This document shows, piece by piece, positions 9,476 through 16,715 of a stretch of DNA of 64,000 nucleotides. Positions within the stretch are counted from its first letter, which is position 1. Every line of letters starts with the position of its first letter. This stretch comes from Vulcanimicrobiota bacterium (GTDB taxonomy: Bacteria; Vulcanimicrobiota; Xenobia; Xenobiales; JADMJV01). The DNA lies in the NCBI GenBank assembly GCA_050250895.1, contig JBFWNU010000001.1, positions 808,008 through 872,007 of the forward strand, read 5' to 3'. The position numbers and the translations under genes were made by a program. The notes beneath the pieces are model-generated. The model was given only the letters and a program-made list of their open reading frames with translations, made no database searches and was not told the origin of the DNA.

Positions 9476-11692
9476 TCAGGAGCCGACGATGCTTTTGTAA
9501 AGACGGGTGGTCTCGGCGCTGGGAGCCATGAACAGCTCTTCTTGCAAAGCTTCCTGGCAGCTCCAGTAGAGGCGCGCCACCCGCTCGGGTTGATCCGACC
9601 AGGCCCGCATCAAGACCTGGTAGGCTCCCTGATGGCAGCGGTCGAGCGAGAGCAGTTGTTCGCCCAGCGAGAGGCAACGTTCCCGCTGACCCAAGCGCTC
9701 ATGATGGTCCATCAAAAGCTCGAGGGCCCGGGTGGCCTGATCGCGAAACTGGCTGCGGTAGGGCAACACCCAGCTGTCCTCGACCGTTTCTAGCAGGTCT
9801 CCCTGATAGAGCGACACGGCCCGCTCGAGGGCCTCGACAGCCGCCTCCGTCTTGCCGTTCTGCCAGGCCTCGAAGCCACTGGTGACGGTCTGACCAAAGT
9901 CGAGGAAATCGGCTTTACAGGTGAAGTCCTGATTCCAGCGGCAGCAACCGCGCTGGTGCAGCACCGGGTCCGGCCCTTTACCGTCTGGAGACTTCAAGGC
10001 GCGGCGAATGTAGGTCAGGGCCGAATACAGGTTACCCTGGGCTCGGTCGCCCTCGAGCTCTTCCCAGAACAGGTCCGTGAGGCGTTCGTCAGGCACCTCG
10101 TTGCCGTTATGCAAGACCAGGATCAAAAAGAGCGAGCGACTCTTGTTGGTCTTCCAGTCCTTGTTGGTCAACTCGCGACCGTGGGCTCGCATGGTCAAGG
10201 GCCCGAAGGCCTCGAGTTCGAGGGTGGCGCCGGCTGCCCCCTCGGACCGGGGCGCGAAGCGAGCCGTCCAGGAACGGTCGCTCTCGGCCAGAGCATAGAC
10301 GGCCTGACTCAACCAGCGCTCGCGCGTGAGCACCCAGTGCAAGCCGGTCGCCTCCACCTCTTGCTCGAGTCGAGCCACCGCCTCTTGCAGCTGGCGCGGC
10401 GGGGGTCGCAAGCTTTCACCCCAGGCCTTGAGCAACAAAGCCCGCACCCGCCCGCGATTGGAGCCACTGCCGGCATAGATGGTCAGCGCTTCCTCCAATT
10501 GTTGGGCGGCCTGAGGGCGGCCCAGAGCCACTCCCAGAGCGGCTGACGTGGCCAGGGCGTCGGCTCGCTGCAGACTGCCGCGCGCCCGCTCGAGGGCCTG
10601 ACCGGCCAACTCATACCCGACCTCGGGCTGCTCGCAGGCGGCCTCAGCCAGGGCCAGCCCCAACAAAGCTTCGCACCCGGCCTGACCCTCCAGGCGCCGC
10701 AGCGCCTCGCGAGCGAGATCGGGCCGTCCGCCGTGCAGATAACCCAGGCCAAGCCCGAGCAGACGGCGACCGCCGGCCGGTTGCGAGGGCAACTCCTCGC
10801 GATTGCCGCTAAGCGTTCTCTCGAGTTCGTCGAGCACCTCGGCCGGGCCACTCCAATTGGAACGAAGCACCTCCAGGCACTCCTGGCGAGAAAGGCCAAC
10901 GGCGGCATCGCCGGGATGAGCCAGGGCATCGTAGCGCGAGACCACCGCCAGGATGGCCGATTCAGGACTCGAGACCGAGGCGCGGGCGCAGTTGATGCCG
11001 CCGCCCATCCACTCGATTACCGAGCTGTCCTGCCAGGCCTGACGCAAAGTGGGCTCTTGTTCGGCCAGCTTGCGACACAAACTGGCTCCAGAATCGAGCT
11101 CGTCGGGATGGCCGACGCTTTGCAAGATGGCTCCCAGCCCGACTCGCTCGGAGACATCGCCGGGCAGGTCCAGGGCGCGGGCCAACTGTCCCGCCAGGCT
11201 TCGCTGACGCAAAGCCCGGTCGCGGACCTGGGGGGTGGTGGCGCAGACCTCGGTCAACAGCCACTGGCTCAGTTGGCGAGCATCCTCAAAGCCTCGCTGC
11301 ATGCAACGATGCCACCAGACCTGCCGGTCCAACCATTCGAAAGCTCGCCGGATCGAGCGCAAGAAAGTGAGGTCGTCAAAAGGCTTGGTCAGAAAATCGT
11401 CGACCTGCAACCGAAAGGCTTCGACCGGGGCTTCAAAATCGGCAAAGCCGGTGATGACCACGGCCCGCGTCTCGGGAGAACTCTGGCGCAGGTGTCCCAG
11501 CATGGTCATGCCGCTCATGCCGGGCATCTTGACGTCGGTGACCACCAGGTCGAAGTGACGTTCCGCCGTCTTCTCGAGGGCCTCTTCGGCCGAGGTGGCG
11601 GTGGCCACCTCATAGCTCTCTTCTTCGAGCAGACAGGCCAGGCTGTCGAGCAGCAAGGTGTCGTCCTCAACCAACAAAATCGTTCTGGTCAC
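9476..11692 (-). CDS. response regulator: REC + degenerate HD-GYP + TPR + SARP-type wHTH/BTAD
   Basis: REC intact (VEDD, TDVKMP, TG, TKP). HD-GYP remnant GAILQSVG...AILAVVSRYDAL. C-terminal FGPL...WKT.KSRSLF..L..H...LFW...NLYSALTYIRRAL and LY.GDLL...W...LD...E/Q.AY..LMRA typical of SARP/BTAD. Confidence 0.85.
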   Translation of the reverse strand: MTRTILLVEDDTLLLDSLACLLEEESYEVATATSAEEALEKTAERHFDLVVTDVKMPGMSGMTMLGHLRQSSPETRAVVITGFADFEAPVEAFRLQVDDFLTKPFDDLTFLRSIRRAFEWLDRQVWWHRCMQRGFEDARQLSQWLLTEVCATTPQVRDRALRQRSLAGQLARALDLPGDVSERVGLGAILQSVGHPDELDSGASLCRKLAEQEPTLRQAWQDSSVIEWMGGGINCARASVSSPESAILAVVSRYDALAHPGDAAVGLSRQECLEVLRSNWSGPAEVLDELERTLSGNREELPSQPAGGRRLLGLGLGYLHGGRPDLAREALRRLEGQAGCEALLGLALAEAACEQPEVGYELAGQALERARGSLQRADALATSAALGVALGRPQAAQQLEEALTIYAGSGSNRGRVRALLLKAWGESLRPPPRQLQEAVARLEQEVEATGLHWVLTRERWLSQAVYALAESDRSWTARFAPRSEGAAGATLELEAFGPLTMRAHGRELTNKDWKTNKSRSLFLILVLHNGNEVPDERLTDLFWEELEGDRAQGNLYSALTYIRRALKSPDGKGPDPVLHQRGCCRWNQDFTCKADFLDFGQTVTSGFEAWQNGKTEAAVEALERAVSLYQGDLLETVEDSWVLPYRSQFRDQATRALELLMDHHERLGQRERCLSLGEQLLSLDRCHQGAYQVLMRAWSDQPERVARLYWSCQEALQEELFMAPSAETTRLYKSIVGS

Positions 11693-11705
11693 GGGCGGCG
11701 GTTCC

Positions 11706-13682
11706 TCATTTTCTTACCGGGTCCTCCACCAACTGGTGTCGCCCGTTTCGGATCTCGAGCAGATAGACGGGTAGCTCGGCCGGCATCTTGCCAGGGCTGA
11801 GATAGCCCGAGGCGCCGATGTAAGCCGGTTGCGTCGAGCCCAGGGCTCGAAGATTATGGCGGATCTGGTCGCGTGAGTGGCCCAGCCACGGCTCGAGCAG
11901 AGTGACTCCGTCATAGCCTTGAGCGGCGGCGCGAGTTGGCTCGACCCCAGGAAACTGGCCTTGAAACTCCTCTACGAAAGCCTTCACCGGAGCAGCCTGG
12001 GACTCGGGAAAGAAAGTCTCGGCCAGGCGCAAACCGTCGAGGGCGTCGCCCCCCGCCTCGAGCAGCCCGGCGCTGTATCCCACCACGTTGGAATAGAGTT
12101 CGGCCTGGGAACCCGAACGACGCAGCTGACGGGCGAACTCGCCCAAATAGCTGCCCGGAGCGGCTACAAAAAAGATAGCCTGCGCCCCTTTGAGTTCGTC
12201 CACCAGGGCCGAAAAGTCGCGGGTCGAGGTTGGGTAGGTGCGCTCGACCACGGTGGTCTCGCCGAGATTGCCTTTGACCACGAAGGCCAGATCGCGAGCC
12301 ATGGCCTGCTGATCATCGTAGAGTAGCCACACTTCCGAAAAATGGCGTTGGGCCAACTGGCGGGCCAGCGGCACCACCCTGGCCGGAAAGGGTGCACCCA
12401 GGGTGAAAAGGCTATCGCTTTGCCAGGCTTTGGGATGGGTCGCGCCCAAGGAAACCACCGGCAACTGTCGCCGGGCGGCCAAGAGCTCTACCGCCAGGGT
12501 GCGTTCCGAGTTGGTGGGGCCCAGCAAACAGCGAATCTTGGGGTCGGCTCCCAGGCGGTCCACCCAGCCCATGCTCTGGGCAATGGTGCTCTGGTCGTCG
12601 CATACCTGCAACCGCAGCGGCCGCCCCTGCTGCTGAACGCGTCGCTGAGCCAGAGCGGCGCCCTGAAGAAAGTTGCGAGCCTGGCGCCACTCTGGTCCGG
12701 TCAAGGGCACCACGATGGGTAGCACGGGTGATTCTGGCTGACCCAGGTTCTGGGCGGTGATGAGGGCCAAACCGTCGTCGGGCTCGGCCTGCTGCCAGCT
12801 TTGAGCCAGTTGTCGGGCCAAAGTCTCGTCGCCCTGCAGCAAGGCCTGGTCGATTCGAGCCAGAAACGGCGATACGCCGGGCTCGGTCGGACCCACCGGC
12901 AGCAGGCCCAGCACCAGGCAAACCAGGGAGCAAAGGCACAACAGCGTGGCCGTCCACAACGACCGGGCCGGAATCAGCGCCGCCGGCCGTCCCAGTTGAG
13001 CCAACCACTCGAGCAGCTCGGCACCGCTCTGGGGACGCTGGTCCGGATCGTGATGGGTCCACTTGTGCAGTAGCTCGGCGAAGGGCGAGCGGGCCGGTCC
13101 GATCATCGCCTCGAACAGCTTGCCAAGCGAGTAGATGTCGCTGCGGGCATCACACCGATGGTCGCTCTCCGGGGCCAGATAGCGCGCCACCCCGCCCGCG
13201 GCCGGACCGGGCGACTGGAGGGCCAGCCCGAGATCGACCACCCGCACGCTCCCACCGTCGTCGAGCAGCAGATTCGCCGGATTGAGGTCGACCAGATAGA
13301 CCGAGTGCTGATGGAGATAGTCGAGCAGCCGAGCCACCTCATAGACCACCGTCAAGGCCCGGGCCACAGGCAACGGCGCCTTTTCCAGCCGAGCCGCCAG
13401 GGTCTGGCCGCTGATAGCGTCCATGACTAGAGCGGGGCGACCTTCGTGTTCGAGGCGGTCCACCAGGGTCGGAAGAGCTCGATGCTGCAGTCGGGCCAGC
13501 AGTTGGGCCTCGGTGGCAAACAGCTGCTCGAGACGCACGCCAGGCACTCTGGGTTCGGCCAGTTTCACGGCCCAGCGCGTGCCCGGCAGGCGCAGGTCTT
13601 CGCACAACAGAACCTGGCTGGTGCCCCCCTGGGCCAACACCGCCGCCACTTTGTAGCGACCGCTGAGGACCTGCCCTATCAC
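11706..13682 (-). CDS. membrane Ser/Thr kinase fused to a type-1 (LivJ-like) periplasmic binding domain
   Basis: QGGTSQV, WAVK, DLNPAN, DLG, YLAPE and SDIYSLG kinase motifs; one TM; VPLTG...LGPTNS...AAQGYDG binding-protein pattern. Confidence 0.85.
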   Translation of the reverse strand: MIGQVLSGRYKVAAVLAQGGTSQVLLCEDLRLPGTRWAVKLAEPRVPGVRLEQLFATEAQLLARLQHRALPTLVDRLEHEGRPALVMDAISGQTLAARLEKAPLPVARALTVVYEVARLLDYLHQHSVYLVDLNPANLLLDDGGSVRVVDLGLALQSPGPAAGGVARYLAPESDHRCDARSDIYSLGKLFEAMIGPARSPFAELLHKWTHHDPDQRPQSGAELLEWLAQLGRPAALIPARSLWTATLLCLCSLVCLVLGLLPVGPTEPGVSPFLARIDQALLQGDETLARQLAQSWQQAEPDDGLALITAQNLGQPESPVLPIVVPLTGPEWRQARNFLQGAALAQRRVQQQGRPLRLQVCDDQSTIAQSMGWVDRLGADPKIRCLLGPTNSERTLAVELLAARRQLPVVSLGATHPKAWQSDSLFTLGAPFPARVVPLARQLAQRHFSEVWLLYDDQQAMARDLAFVVKGNLGETTVVERTYPTSTRDFSALVDELKGAQAIFFVAAPGSYLGEFARQLRRSGSQAELYSNVVGYSAGLLEAGGDALDGLRLAETFFPESQAAPVKAFVEEFQGQFPGVEPTRAAAQGYDGVTLLEPWLGHSRDQIRHNLRALGSTQPAYIGASGYLSPGKMPAELPVYLLEIRNGRHQLVEDPVRK

Positions 13683-14695
13683 GGGGCGAACCGGGCCGGC
13701 AAGATCAGATCGGCCCCTTCAGAATGACAACTGAGTCGCCCGCCAGCGGTGGCCACCGCATCCTGCAGCTGCTCAGAAATGTCGCCACCACCCTGCAGTC
13801 TGACCCAGACCTCGTCGGCCTTTTCCTGGGTGGTCACCGACACCTTGCCCATCATCAACTGACCCAACAGATGCCCCAGTCCGGCCGGATCGGCGATAAT
13901 GGTGTGGGTGAGTTGGCCGGGCCTCCAATCGATGCTCAGCCCCGAAGCCTGGACGGCCGCCTCGACCAGTTGATTGATATCGACCGGGACCCGTACCAAC
14001 TGGCTGAAGGTCACGTCCCGCTCGACCATATCGTAAGGTCGGCGGGCAAAGAGCATGAGTTTCTCGATGACCGTCTGGCAACGCTCGACCGAACGCTTGA
14101 TCAGATCGACCCGACGGGCCACGGCAGGGTCTTCACCCCGACCCAGGCGCGTAGCATTGGTCAGGATGGTGGCCAGCGGCGTGTTGAGTTCATGGGCCAC
14201 TCCCGCAGCCATCTTGCCCAGGGCCACAAATCCACGCCGGTCCTCGTCACCAAGGCCCGAAGCCCGATGGCGCAAGCTCTCGAATAACGGCAACACGGGC
14301 CGGCAATCGGCCGCCAGGGCGGCCGCCGAGCCAGCCTCACCCGTCCAGACCAGGGCCAGCCCAGGACTCAGCCGGAGGCCCTGACTCGAGCCCTCGTCAA
14401 AAAGCTGCGCGGCCGCGGCGCGGCAGTTCTCGAGCTGCCCGGACACCGGCTCCCAACTGCACAACAGGGTGGGTTCGGGACCCGAGAAAAGAAAGAGAGA
14501 CTCTAACCGGTGGTGCCGCCCCAGGATAGCCAGCACCTGGCTGCCGGCCTCGGTCACCTGGGTGGTCGAAGTGGCCGCCTGGGCCAGCTCCTCCCACAGC
14601 CGCGAGCGGCGGCTGGCCCGCACGAGCAGGGCCAGACTCAAGCAAGAAGAGATGGTTGCACCAAGGGCGGCCACGGCCAGCAGAGTGGTATTCAC
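13679..14695 (-). CDS. membrane histidine-kinase-like protein with intact HisKA and degenerate HATPase
   Basis: N-terminal TM; AAGVAHELNTPL H-box; no N-box Asn, no DxGxG, no GxGLGL. Confidence 0.8.
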   Translation of the reverse strand: MNTTLLAVAALGATISSCLSLALLVRASRRSRLWEELAQAATSTTQVTEAGSQVLAILGRHHRLESLFLFSGPEPTLLCSWEPVSGQLENCRAAAAQLFDEGSSQGLRLSPGLALVWTGEAGSAAALAADCRPVLPLFESLRHRASGLGDEDRRGFVALGKMAAGVAHELNTPLATILTNATRLGRGEDPAVARRVDLIKRSVERCQTVIEKLMLFARRPYDMVERDVTFSQLVRVPVDINQLVEAAVQASGLSIDWRPGQLTHTIIADPAGLGHLLGQLMMGKVSVTTQEKADEVWVRLQGGGDISEQLQDAVATAGGRLSCHSEGADLILPARFAP

Positions 14696-15819
14696 TGCGT
14701 CGGCGGATGAAACCCCAGGTGAAGGGCGCTGCGCACCAGCTTCGTGCCGAGTTCGGTCCGGGCCTCGAAGTCAAGACTAAGAGGCAACTCGAATAGCAGG
14801 GATACGCCAGCGCCGCCTTTGCCGGCTTCTTGCACCAGGGTCCCATCGTAGCGATAGGGCACCAGGCGAAAGTCATGCTCGCGCAGGACCGGCTCGAAGG
14901 CCTTCAGAAAGGCAAGGCTCTGCGGGGTGGGGTGGAAAATGCACAGACGGCCGGCCCGCCCCTGGTCCCATTCGGCCAGCCCCTCGTGCAAGTCGATCGC
15001 CAGGCCTGCCTGCTGAGCGGCACTACAGATCTCGGCCGCCCGTTGCTGCTCGGGAGTACCGTTAGGGTCGCCCGGAAAGATGCGGTTCATATCGACCGAT
15101 TGCCCGTCCTCACCGAGGTTGCGACGGCTAATCATCATGCCGGCCCAGGGATTGCCGTTGGAGAAAGTGCGCACCCGAGACTCGGGATGCTCGTCGTGGA
15201 TGGTCCCTGCCACGGCCATGCCGGAGAGTTCGTTGCCATGGACGCCTCCCACCACGACCGCCTTGCGCACCCGCTCTACCCCGTCGCTCGGGCGCATGTC
15301 TAGCCAGTCGCAGACCTGGTCGACGTTGGCGAAAACCATGTGCTGGGCCAGCAGTTGTGGATGCTCGTGCTTGAGCTGGCCAAAAACCTCGCGGGTGGCG
15401 GCGGGGTCGTCGGCCAGCCGAGCGCGCAGGGCCTCGACTTCACGAGGCAAGGTGCCGGCGTTGCGACGGTGAACCTCGAGCCGGTGCAGCAACCCGTCGC
15501 GAACCCGGTCGCTCATTCCATGGCCGGCCGTTCCCTTGAGCACCGCGTGACAGTCCTCGAAGAGCAGGATAGGCCGCCGACTCACTTTTGGCGGCTCCTG
15601 CCAATCCAGGGTTTTCGGAGCCGCCGCGAGCTGGCAAGTGGGGCCTTTGGGCACCGCCGGCGGCGGGGGCTCGGTGGGTGACGGTTTGGCGGCCGGGGCT
15701 GCCCCTAGCTCGCATTGGTCGAGGGGAAGGGGGGCCTCGTCGGTGGCGGGAGCCACAGTGAAGGCTCGATGGGGCGGAACAAACGCTTCCCGACGACCGA
15801 CGATCCCCTGCAACTCCAT
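14692..15819 (-). CDS. M14-type (succinylglutamate desuccinylase/aspartoacylase-like) zinc hydrolase with Pro-rich N-terminal extension
   Basis: GGVHGNE, DMNRIFPG and IDLHE motifs in the C-terminal half. Confidence 0.8.
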   Translation of the reverse strand: MELQGIVGRREAFVPPHRAFTVAPATDEAPLPLDQCELGAAPAAKPSPTEPPPPAVPKGPTCQLAAAPKTLDWQEPPKVSRRPILLFEDCHAVLKGTAGHGMSDRVRDGLLHRLEVHRRNAGTLPREVEALRARLADDPAATREVFGQLKHEHPQLLAQHMVFANVDQVCDWLDMRPSDGVERVRKAVVVGGVHGNELSGMAVAGTIHDEHPESRVRTFSNGNPWAGMMISRRNLGEDGQSVDMNRIFPGDPNGTPEQQRAAEICSAAQQAGLAIDLHEGLAEWDQGRAGRLCIFHPTPQSLAFLKAFEPVLREHDFRLVPYRYDGTLVQEAGKGGAGVSLLFELPLSLDFEARTELGTKLVRSALHLGFHPPTQ

Positions 15820-15860
15820 AGCATGGTTATGCCACCCCTATAAGGTCGTGTCAAGCTCAC

Positions 15861-15888
15861 AAAAAAAAGGGTTCCGCATAGCGGAACC
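15861..15888 (-). terminator. intrinsic terminator of the predicted sRNA
   Basis: GGTTCCGC-TAT-GCGGAACC-C-TTTTTTTT. Confidence 0.88.
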
Positions 15889-15916
15889 AACTAGGAGCTA
15901 TCTATTCTCACTCAAC
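15861..15916 (-). ncRNA. predicted ~56-nt small RNA
   Basis: Bounded by a TCAAGG-type promoter and an intrinsic terminator; no credible ORF. Confidence 0.6.
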
Positions 15917-15922
15917 CAGATA

Positions 15923-15954
15923 AGCTTAAGCCCACCATCTTGAAAAATCCTTGA
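15923..15954 (-). promoter_or_regulatory. direct-repeat promoter, copy 2 (drives the sRNA)
   Basis: TCAAGG atttt TCAAGA tggtgggct TAAGCT. Confidence 0.7.
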
Positions 15955-15964
15955 CGGGGGTTAG

Positions 15965-15996
15965 AAAGAAAAAAGGGCCCCGTGTTACCGGGGCCC
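15965..15996 (-). terminator. intrinsic terminator of 16021-16314
   Basis: GGGCCCCG-GTAACA-CGGGGCCC-TTTTTTCTTT. Confidence 0.88.
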
Positions 15997-16020
15997 GATA
16001 GCGCGTTCAACTAAGAACTC

Positions 16021-16314
16021 TTACTTGTGCAGGGCTTCGCTGACGCCGATCCCCGCGCACATAAAGCCGGCCATGACCGAGCTAAATCCTGTATAAGGGA
16101 AACCTACCAGGGCCAAACCGACTCCGCCGGCCATCAACACGCCGCCTGCGGCGAACCAACGACCGGGCTGCGGCTGGCTGGCCGTGGTCGAAGGGGTGAA
16201 GGTCTCGGTGGGCTCCGAATTCGATGCCGCGCGGCTCGACTGGGCTGGAACGGACGTGGCTTGTCGAGTATAAACTCTAGCAATGGATGGGCTGTTGAAG
16301 TGCGAACGAATCAT
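16021..16314 (-). CDS. small protein: Ser/Thr/Pro-rich N-terminus plus C-terminal Gly-rich two-helix membrane hairpin
   Basis: ATG 16314 with GAGGAGG RBS; own promoter and terminator; 97 aa. Confidence 0.75.
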   Translation of the reverse strand: MIRSHFNSPSIARVYTRQATSVPAQSSRAASNSEPTETFTPSTTASQPQPGRWFAAGGVLMAGGVGLALVGFPYTGFSSVMAGFMCAGIGVSEALHK

Positions 16315-16357
16315 CTTATCCTCCTCAGGCTGGCTCTGGGTCCTGCCTCCTGACATC

Positions 16358-16389
16358 AGACTAGCCGGCCCACCTTGACTTTTCCTTGA
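16358..16389 (-). promoter_or_regulatory. direct-repeat promoter, copy 3
   Basis: TCAAGG aaaag TCAAGG tgggccggc TAGTCT. Confidence 0.75.
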
Positions 16390-16398
16390 GCTGAAAAG

Positions 16399-16430
16399 TC
16401 AAGGTCAAGTCAAGGCTGAGCACCTATAGT
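16399..16430 (+). promoter_or_regulatory. direct-repeat promoter, copy 4 (leaderless)
   Basis: TCAAGG tcaag TCAAGG ctgagcacc TATAGT agggtc ATG. Confidence 0.78.
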
Positions 16431-16436
16431 AGGGTC

Positions 16437-16697
16437 ATGATCATTTCGACGCATTCACCCAAACATCGCTCTTCCTTGGCTCGCCCGGCTGTGGCCCGGC
16501 CCGAGCCCGAACCGCAAGACACTTACACGCCTGGCTCTCGCCCGGTGGTCATGGCCACGCCGGTCTTGACCATGTTCGGAGCGGCCGGCCTGGGCATCTA
16601 TCATGGTTCCTGGGCGCTGGGCCTGGTCGGGGCAGCCGGTGGGGCTTGCCTGGGGGTGGCCCTCGACTACGGCTTCAACAAATGGATGGCCTCATGA
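16437..16697 (+). CDS. small protein: Ser/Pro-rich N-terminus plus glycine-zipper membrane hairpin
   Basis: 86 aa; GAAGLG...GLVGAAGGACLG; leaderless start 6 nt after TATAGT. Confidence 0.75.
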   Translation: MIISTHSPKHRSSLARPAVARPEPEPQDTYTPGSRPVVMATPVLTMFGAAGLGIYHGSWALGLVGAAGGACLGVALDYGFNKWMAS

Positions 16698-16715
16698 AGA
16701 GGCTTGACACCGTGT

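Noticed and set aside
15861-16314. Type I toxin-antitoxin reading of the sRNA and the small membrane protein
   Set aside because: The sRNA is on the same strand with no extended complementarity to either mRNA, and the proteins are larger than typical type I toxins.
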